The notes under the pieces: generated by a model | What the model was told of the DNA's origin: nothing | The model's input: only the letters and a program-made list of their open reading frames with translations | Databases searched by the model: none | Program-made: the position numbers and the translations under genes | Part shown: positions 55,164 to 64,000 of the stretch, in pieces | Numbering within the stretch: position 1 is the first letter of the stretch | How the letters are laid out: every line of letters starts with the position of its first letter | NCBI GenBank assembly: GCA_965153355.1 | Contig: OZ231126.1 | Span: 1,612,001 to 1,676,000 of the forward strand | Length of the DNA stretch: 64,000 nucleotides | Reading direction: 5' to 3' | From: Flaccisagitta enflata | Lineage: Eukaryota

Positions 55164-55649
55164 GTTTTGTATGTCATCAGTCTATAGTCTCTCACCGATT
55201 GACTAATTTTTTGTCCCTCTTGACTTTCTTTGCAGAAGAAAAAAGAAGATTGCAATGAGAAATTACATAGAAAGCATCAGATGTTCTCAACTGGTGCGCG
55301 TAAGTTTTGAATATCAAAAAGTATCAAAAAGGGAACAGTTTTCGCAGATACAGAAAAGGTACATTTTTGATACAGTATCGAAAATTTTTTGATACAGTAT
55401 CAAAAATGTTTTGATACAGTATCGCAAATTCTCCGATACTTAATAAACCTCAGACTACGTCGTGTGCACTAGAAGTTGCCACTATCAAACCTTTTGCACA
55501 AGAAAAGAAGGATCAAAATAACGGTGAAACTAATACTAGATATTCAAATATTGCTAGCGTTGTAAATGATGAAGATGAAATTTATGTCTCTGATGAAGAA
55601 TTCAGTCTTGAAGAAGCATTACAACGGATGACTGAAGTTGAATGAAAAT

Positions 55650-55863
55650 TTTTAGTTGCGTGCTACGCGACTCTACAACTGGCATTGTCGGTCCATCCGT
55701 TGGTCCGTCCATTGGTCCATCCGTCCGTCAGTCCATCACACTTTACTTTTTTGTTTTTTGCGGTCTTTGGCCTAACTGCTCCTGCTCAAATTATTTAGAG
55801 ACCTCAAATACAGCCCCTGCCCACCCGCACGTGACTGGGGTAGCCGTGTATCCGGCCTTGTTT
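55650..55863 (+). mobile_element. HINE-like element
   Basis: tttagttgcgtgctacgcgact...gcacgtgact...gccgtgtatccggccttgttt; relatives at 29399-29592 (-), 38638-38832 (+) and 57152-57310 (+). Confidence 0.72.
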
Positions 55864-57794
55864 ATTTTTACTCTGAAATTTTCGTGGAATTCACCATCAT
55901 TGTAATTTTTGTATATCATCAATTCATCATTGTGAATTGTTGTTTTATTGTTTTAAAAATGTCTAAGAAACAAGTCCAAGAAACAAAGTGTGTGTTTATT
56001 CATGTACTGATTATACCATTTATTATCTTCTACTGTGTAAGAAAAAAAGAAACCCTAAGCATAAAATCCAACTGCTATATAATAACATATTGTACTTCTT
56101 TTTCATTGCCATCTATATGGAACTGTATTAGTGTCACTAAAAGATTAAAACATGAATAAAAGTGTAAGCAACAATAAATTCTGCATTACATTCTGCATTA
56201 TGTTCACACAAAGTTCTTTTAGCTAGTTCCTTATATGATTCCTAGTTATGTAGAATTATTCTATTATTATTTGGCAGCACAAAAAAAAAATCAATTGGTG
56301 CAGTGTCTCTTTTTTCAGTAGTAATTATGGACAATCATGCAAAAGATATATTTTTTTCCCAAAAAAGCATGCAATTCTTCATTTACACTTTTTCAAAAGC
56401 TAAAAAATGAAATTTTTTATTTGCGAACTTACAGCAACCTGCTGCAGTAAAAAGAAGTTGCTGTAATGTCTATTTTTAGTTTATTTTTGCTAGAAGTATC
56501 ATAAAATCATCTCATTTTGTCTTTCTACTGAGAAAAAAATGATTGTTTTACAAAAAATCCTCAATCGCAAAATTTCATCAAAGTTGCTGCAATATGCGGC
56601 AATTTGCGGCAACATTTTTCATTTTTGAGCCTGGTAACCCTTCTGGATGGAAAGAGCATGTAAAAATGTACCAGAATCCCAAGTTTCATATAGTTTGCCA
56701 GATTTGAAGCCTCTACATGAAAAATGTCATCAACCCAGTGTACCACTAGGAGTAGGAGGAGAGAGAAATATACAAAGAAAGGGCTAGAAAGGGTGACAAA
56801 TCTCGGGAGTGCATCGGAATCCGATATCTTATCTTTTTTATTCCCTTTCTTTTTTCTTTGTAATATTTCATTGAAGGTAAGGGATGATATCTTCATCGAC
56901 GTCAGGCTGAGAAAAATAGTAATTCTGATTTTTTTTTTTTTTTTTTTTTTACTTTTTTGAAAATGGTTGTATGAGATATCACCTCTACCACAAGCACCAC
57001 GTCCAGTTGTTGGAAAAAAAAGTCGAATTACGTATTCGACTTTTTGAAACGTGGAGGAGAAATCAGGTTTTCCATTTTCGATTTTAAGCATGTGTGGAAG
57101 TTGAACCATTTTCTGCCTGGGATTTAATAATTATAGCTATGAAAGAGCTAATTTTCAGTCGCGGACACGCGACTCTACACCTTGCCGTGTCGGTCGGTCG
57201 GTCGGTATGTCGGTCCGTACGTCCGTCACATTTTTTAATTCCGAGCGGTTTCCGCATTACTGCTCCTGCCCAACCGTCCGCGACTGGATTGCCGTGTATC
57301 CGGTCTGTTTTCTCATATGGCACCAACCAGAAGTCTGTACGGTTAAAATGTTTCGGGTTGAGATATTTCGAATCTTTTTTTATATTTTCGAATTTTTTTG
57401 GTCGGTTACATTAGTCGAGAAGGGCGATTTTGTTTCAATGACTTAGTGCTTGTGTTGCCTCAAAAGAGCTGACAATTATGGCATTTTCTCCGGTTGATTT
57501 GTTTCTATTCAGTGGCTCTTTGGAAAGGTTTGAAGTGGATGTTTGCTTATCATACAAGGATAGAATGATGTAAGGATGTCAGGATAGTTGTGAAGGGCCC
57601 GGATGAAACACCGGTTAGAGCTCCCAAGGCTCATGTCTTTTCTCTAGTTGTTGGTTTAGTAGTAATGATGTCCGACTTTCAAACATTACTGCCTCCGCTT
57701 ACGGCCTCAGCCGCTTACCCGCACGCGTCTAAGGTGCTCCTGCTCCTGTCCTGTTTCCTATTCAGGAGTGTTCAATGACAAGTGTGGACATCTC

Positions 57795-58100
57795 TTATTT
57801 TTCCTTGTCCAGACGCGGGCACGATGTTAAACGGTTTGCCAGATTACCTTCACACTCTTAACTCTTTGCTTGTTCAGGCGCGGGAACAATGTCCAACGGT
57901 TTGTCATATTACCTTTACACTCATTGCTTGTTCAGGTGCGGGAACGATGTCCAACGGTGTGTCATATTACCTTTACACTCTTTGCCTGTTCAGGTGCGGG
58001 AACGATGTCCAACAATTTGTCATATTACCTTTACACTCTTTGCCTGTTCAGGTGCAGGAACGATGTCCAACGGTTTGTCAGATTACCTTCACTCTCATCG
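57795..58100 (+). repeat. 58-bp tandem repeat made of the exon's splice acceptor plus its first ~45 nt (5 copies)
   Basis: AG ends at 57812, 57877, 57935, 57993 and 58051 (spacings 65, 58, 58, 58), each followed by a copy of GTGCRGGAACGATGTCCAACGGTTTGTCA. Confidence 0.9.
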
Positions 58101-58212
58101 CTATGGCAACGCGGAGACGAAAGATTTGTGGGCGGCGTTGACCAAAGCCACGCTCATCTACGGAGGCAAAAGAATCGACGTCGGCGCCATCATGGACACC
58201 TGGACGAAACAG
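58052..58212 (+). CDS. Internal exon (161 nt, phase 1 to phase 0) of an M1-family aminopeptidase (aminopeptidase N / glutamyl aminopeptidase / ERAP-like)
   Basis: ttcag acceptor ends at 58051 and CAG|GTGGGG donor starts at 58213. Translation (G)AGTMSNGLSDYLHSHRYGNAETKDLWAALTKATLIYGGKRIDVGAIMDTWTKQ matches the M1 pattern GLxxYLxxHxYxNAxxxDLW...IMDTWTxQ. Confidence 0.88.
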
Positions 58213-58700
58213 GTGGGGGATGGAATGAGATAAGATGAGCTAACAGTGGACGAAACAGGTGGGGGCTTGGATGAGATGAGCTAACAGTGGATGAAACAGG
58301 TGGGGGCTTGGATGGGATGAGTTAACAGTGGATGAAACAGGTGGGGGCTCGGATGAGATGAGCTAACAGTGGATGAAACAGGTGGGGGCTTGGATGGGAT
58401 GAGTTAACAGTGGACGAAACATGTGGGGGCTGGGATGAGATGAACTAATGAGTGGTGACATCATGGACACCCGAACGAAACAGGTGCGGGCTTGGATGAG
58501 ATATGCTAACAATCAGTAGATGGAATAAATGAGATGAACTAGTGAAAGTGGTGACATCATGGACACTTGGACGAAACTGGTGGGGGCTGGGATGAGATAT
58601 GCTAACAATCAGTGGATGGAATAGATGAGATGAGCTAGTGAGAGTGGTGACTTCATGGATACCTGCATACAACTTGTGGGGGCTTGGATAAGATGAGGTA
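58201..58700 (+). repeat. 41-bp then ~96-bp tandem repeats containing the exon end and splice donor
   Basis: TGGAYGAAACAG|GTGGGG-like copies with GT at 58213, 58259, 58300, 58341, 58382 and 58423; longer units containing CATCATGGACAC-like sequence with GT at 58484, 58580 and 58676. Confidence 0.88.
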
Positions 58701-60225
58701 ACGGAGGGTGGCATGAGGATATTTTGATGAAACAGATGAGGGAACAGGAAGTGCTGGGTGCTCGGATGAGATAGGCTGTTGAAGGGTAACTTGAGGAATA
58801 CTTGGACAAATCAGAGGAGGAATCGAGAAATGGCGAGAGCTTGAAGTAAGCTAATTCATGCCTGTAATTAGCCAATCAATGATTTGAATACTTGGGCGGA
58901 TAAGGAATACGGGAAAACAGAAATGACGACAAATGGAATTCTTGGACGCGTAACGAGTAAAAAATGAGATAGGTTGGGAAACGTATTGGTGAGTGCATTA
59001 GTGAAACTAGTAAAAACGCTTGGGTGGTGTAGACTGGAAGGCGCGTCAGTGGGTGTTTGGATGAAACAATTACGACATCTAGCAGGGGACTGGGGACACC
59101 AAGACGTAACAACTAACAAGTAAGAAAACTCATTTGGGATGCCTGAATGAAAGTTAGGCTTCACGTGGAAGCCGTATTGGTGAGAATTATCTATAGGCAT
59201 GGATGTAGAAGAAAGGCCCTGATGTTGGACTGAGAAGCCTGTCGGGCTCATTTTCAAGAGATAAATTCGAAAAAAGATTAAGGAAAAGAACAGGAAAAAC
59301 ATGAGGATGTACAAAAACTGGAAGAGAAAACATTATTTATGCACCTTTCTTTGGGTAAACATAAGATTTGAATAGAAAAACCATTATAAAAACTGTTGGA
59401 CTGAAGGCCTAACGCATCTTGCTCTCCTACAATCATGTCTATAAGTCGTGTGAGGAACACTTGAATGAGACGGGTGAAGAAACACTTTGGATGAAACAAG
59501 TCCCAGATCAAAAACGGAACATTTGGTTGAAAGTGGCTAGAAGAAACACAATTGGAATTTGGGAACTTGGATGAAACTAGTTAAAGGACTGAAGGCCTGT
59601 TTATACACGTGACAATCTCGTTGAAAAAGGGCCGCTTGCTCACTCGCTACACTCGCCCGCTTCCACCACTTACTTCGCTCATTCACTCCACAGCGCTCCG
59701 CTCATTCAAATCGAATGATTCGATCGTCCAGAAGCTCGCTCACTAATTTCGCTCACTCCCTCTTGGGACGGTTGAAATCCAAATGTGTTCGCGCTGAAAA
59801 CGAGATTGGAGACCAAAGTAGCGATAATTGTCGTCACTAGAAACACACCCAGAGAAGGATCACTCAGATTAGAATGGATAGAAAATACTTTTTATGACAG
59901 ACGCGAATTATTAATACCGACACGCGACATTCATATCCGTAATCTGTCATTCATGTGCAGCATATCCAACATTAAATATTGTCCATACAATGAATAGATT
60001 TTCGATGCATAAATCAAATCAGCCTTTTTGCCTCTGGCCTTCCCTTGTCGATATTCATTTGTATTTTGTGCAGTTGCTGTCTGATATTTTCCATTTCCTT
60101 TTTCATTCCTTTCGTTATTTTCCATCTCTCTTCATCTGTTTGTAAATCCCTCTATCTGTCCATTTGTCTCAGTTCACTGTCTGTCTCTGTTTCAGTCTTT
60201 GTACCTATCTTCGTACTTTATAATC

Positions 60226-60394
<169 letters not shown>

Positions 60395-60466
60395 TTTTTT
60401 TTTCTCTCCCCCCCCACACACACCTACACACATACAAACAAACACCATCTCTTCCCAATAATCCAG

Positions 60467-60640
60467 GGCGGTTATCCACTTGTGACGGTGAAAAAGAACG
60501 GAAATCTTTTGACAATTAGTCAAGAGAGATTTCTAATCACTGCCAGTCACGAATCCATGCCGAAATCTCCCATCACGGGCACGAAAGATTACCTTTGGCA
60601 AATCCCGATTCACTACGTCACCAGCGATAATACTTCTCAG
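60467..60640 (+). CDS. Next exon (174 nt, phase 0 to phase 0) of the same M1 aminopeptidase
   Basis: atccag acceptor and CAG|GTGAGT donor. Translation GGYPLVTVKKNGNLLTISQERFLITASHESMPKSPITGTKDYLWQIPIHYVTSDNTSQ joins in phase to give WTKQ-GGYPLVTV...SQERFL...YLWQIPI, typical of M1 aminopeptidases. Confidence 0.9.
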
Positions 60641-60759
60641 GTGAGTCACTACATCAGTAGTTATACTACCTCTGATATTACCTCTTTAGCAAGCAATCAA
60701 TACAGCTATCAGCCTATCAGTAGTTAAGTCTTAACGGTGCCATTCAGTTGATTGACCTG

Positions 60760-60920
60760 TTTTTAGTTGCGGACACGCAACTCTACAAGAGGCTTTGTCC
60801 GTCCGTCCGTCCGTCCGTTGGTTGGTCGGTCCGTAACCATCGAGTCGAAAAGTGAGAAAACGCGCATTTCCGCCCCTGCCCACCCGTCCGCAACTGATGG
60901 CCGTGTATCCGGCCTTGTTT
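60760..60920 (+). mobile_element. DINE-1/HINE-like non-autonomous Helentron-type element (intact reference copy)
   Basis: T-run, subTIR AGTTGCGGAC (60765) with adjacent partial inverted repeat CGCAACT, (GTCC)n, 3' subTIR GTCCGCAACT (60886), hairpin GGCCG-tgtatc-CGGCC, then TTGTT. Confidence 0.8.
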
Positions 60921-61149
60921 GTTACATTACCAACCATGACATAAAAGGTACATTTTGGCACAGGTTAGATAACTGCAAACCATGAATTCAAAACAAAACA
61001 ATGGATAATCTTCACAACAACAATGACTTTAAAAACATTGGAACGACAGACTGCGAAGCGTTACTCGATGTTTTTGTTGTTGTTGTTGACTTGTTATTGT
61101 TGTTGCTGTTGTCCTTCTCCTTTGATTTTCATTACCCAGCGCTACAAAC

Positions 61150-61207
<58 letters not shown>

Positions 61208-62904
61208 ACCCACATTCCGGAAAAAAAGAACAGCCGGGACGAAATTGCCTTAGAGAGACCGGGAATTTGCTAATATCACGAAACTAAAACGATGGTGCGG
61301 GGCCTTCATCTTTCTAATCCTTCCCTCTTGCGCTTAGCTGTCTCCCCTCTCCTTCCACGTTTCTGTCACCACCGCCAAAGCCTCGTTAATTCGTGACCTG
61401 GTTGACCCCACTGCCTCAAACGATTTTAGTTGCAAGCGCAAGATTCCTCAAGTCAAACTTGTCGATGGTCCGGAGGGTCCGTCCGTCCGTCCATTCGTCC
61501 TTTTCTTCGAGATGGTTTCTGCGTCACTAATCGCATTGGACATGGGCAGTGCAATGTTCTTGCCTTGTTTTATCCTTAATCCCACAGAATATCTTTTTTT
61601 TCCTTTGACTTGTCGCCTGCTGACGAAGATGGAGGGGAAGAAGGGGGAGGAGGAGTGGTACGTTTCTTCAAGCACTGTAATACTTGGATATCACTACTTG
61701 TCAGCCTTTTTTCTTTTGATACATGATGTACTGAGCCTAAAATACAAATTTCAACATCTTAGCTTGATACAACCCTTCGCCGAAATCCATTCATCTATCA
61801 CTACTCCAAGGTGGTTATTGTGAAAGTGTTGAAATTTGGTCACTTTGGGCTCAAAATCGGGCCACTTTAGATTTGAAATTTGACCCCAAATCCATGAGAT
61901 TATGAAACTAGAGCTCAAGAGCTAACTAGTGGTGCAATCCGCATGTTGCTATCGTTTTTTGTTCAGATTTGAGAGCTTTTCAAAGATGGAAGGGTGTGAG
62001 GGTTATTTTACCAGATGAATTTGGTGGTCAATTTTGACATTTTTTACAATTTTTGATATATCTCCGCTTTGGATAGACAAAGTTAGATGAAATTGGTGAC
62101 CAAATTTGAATCTGGTGACCAAATTTGAATCTGGTAAAATTTTTGATCAATATGACCCTCAAAATTTTTGGGAGACTCTAGAAGCAGGTGCTAAAAAGTG
62201 AATTTTTTTGCCATGTTGGCTACTTTGGTCAATATATTCAGGCACTTCCGAGATACTATCTAGAACATATGTATATCGACAGGCATTTTAAGCAATAACT
62301 CTGTTAAGAATAGAAAATTTATAAAAAAATCAGTGAGATTCTGAAACTATTTCGAATTTCTGACCAAATGCCGCAAACCGCATCCTTTTAGCTCAAGGCG
62401 TTTAGAATTGACAGGCAAAACAAGATTGATACCTCAATTAGAAAATGGCCAAAAAAATGCATCTAGTTTCTTTACAAGTTACTAAGTCTCCTTTCAGATA
62501 GATTGGAGGCTTTTTCCACCCTATTTTTGGTTCTAATTACAGCGCCCAACACCTTTGTTACATTATCTTGGTTGATTTCAACCTCTCTGAATCATTGGGA
62601 TTGCAACTGAAGCAAAAAAGAGAACATGGCATACACTAAGGAATTTTTTTAAATAAAATTTTATGAGCGATAGTTATCATGCATTTATATAAAGCATTTG
62701 TGTTAAAGTGCTTAGAAAATCCACAAACAAATATGTGTTGAAACCCAAAGACGTATTATTGGGGTGTTTCATAGAGGGCTCATGGTCGAATTTGGGGCTG
62801 GCTGTGAAATCACAGTTGGGGTGTAGTTAGATGAAGTCCCTAAGCTCTTTTGTTGGCTTCCCGGAGGCTCCCACGAGTTACTCGGCCTCTGTACAGGTGG
62901 CATA

Positions 62905-64000
62905 AAAGGCCAAAAATGGCCAAAAATGACAAAAAAGCTTCAAAATTCAAATTTTTTGGGTAATTTGATAAGAAAAACCAAAACTTCTTCCTAGTTTACT
63001 CAGTTATAACCTATGGAATTGGGCTATGCTGAAAAACGACCAGCGAAAGCCATGGGGGGCCTCTAAGGACCCCAAAATGACCAAAAAAAGGGCCAAAACT
63101 GACTCATTTTAGGGAAAATCAAAAAATAATGAAAAATAATGAATTTTTTTTTATCAAATTATCGATTTATGCAAAGATATAGTCTCAGTGAAGTACAGGA
63201 GACTAGAAACAGCAAAAAATTCCGACCCTCATTGTTGTATCAGGCCAAAAACAGGTCAAATATAGCCAAAGTTGGCTTAAAATGACAAAAAAGCTTCAAA
63301 ATTCAAATTTTTGGGTTAATTTGATTAGAAAAACCAAAACTTCTCTCTAGTTCACTCATTTACAACTCAAAGATGTGGCCGATGCTTAATAACGGCCAGT
63401 GGATGCCATAGTGGGGCCTCTAAGGACCCCAAAATGACCAAAAAAGGGCCAAAATGACTCATTTTAGGCCAAGTTAAAATATTAAGAAAAATTATGAAAT
63501 TTTTTATCAAAACATCAATTTATGCAAAGATATAGTCTCAGTGAAGTACTAGAGACTAGAATCAGCATAAAAATTTGACCCTTATAGCCGTATTAGGCCA
63601 AAAACAGGTCAAAAACAGCCGTAATTGGCTCAAAAAGATCAAAATGCAGTTTAAAGAGGATTTTTTCATTAATTTCATCAAATTCATCATACTCATGCTT
63701 CAGTTTTGAATGAGCATAAGTTAAAGTGGGAATTCATGGCCAGATTGGGACACTCCAGGCCATTTTAGGCTCTGAAGGCCCTAAAAAAGGTCATAAACAG
63801 GCCCAAATGGGCTCTTCTGCTTCAAAATTCAAATTTCTGCTTTTGTTTCATCAAAGAGATGAACATTTCTATCAAAATCACTTGGTTTGATATTTAAAAT
63901 GAAAGCTAGGCTCAAATATGAGCAGTGGATACCATCAGGGGCCTCTAAAGACCCCAAAAATGGCCAAGAAAAGCCCTGATATGACTAATTTAAGACTTTA
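62905..64000. repeat. ~357-bp tandem duplication inside an AT-rich, probably transposon-derived segment
   Basis: aaatgacaaaaaagcttcaaaattcaaatt at about 62924 and 63281; ggggcctctaa(g/a)gaccccaaaa at about 63056, 63413 and 63939. Confidence 0.75.

Overview
AT-rich, repeat-saturated eukaryotic (metazoan, probably arthropod/crustacean-like; inferred) genomic DNA, mostly intronic or intergenic. The only coding sequence I can support is two spliced + strand exons (58052-58212, 60467-60640) of an M1-family aminopeptidase (aminopeptidase N / glutamyl aminopeptidase / ERAP-like), covering the region just C-terminal to the zinc site. Almost all listed ORFs are microsatellite or tandem-repeat artefacts. 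The rest is a dense, often nested, set of non-autonomous transposons: many DINE-1/HINE-like (Helentron-type) elements with co-varying subterminal inverted repeats, a TC...CTAG Helitron-like family, hAT, Tc1/mariner, PIF/Harbinger, Mutator-like and Transib-like MITEs with readable TSDs, one tRNA-Arg-derived SINE, and many mini- and microsatellites. The most unusual feature is the first aminopeptidase exon: both of its splice junctions have been tandemly amplified, giving five acceptor copies upstream and eight extra donor-like copies downstream. All coordinates were read by eye and may be off by a few bases.
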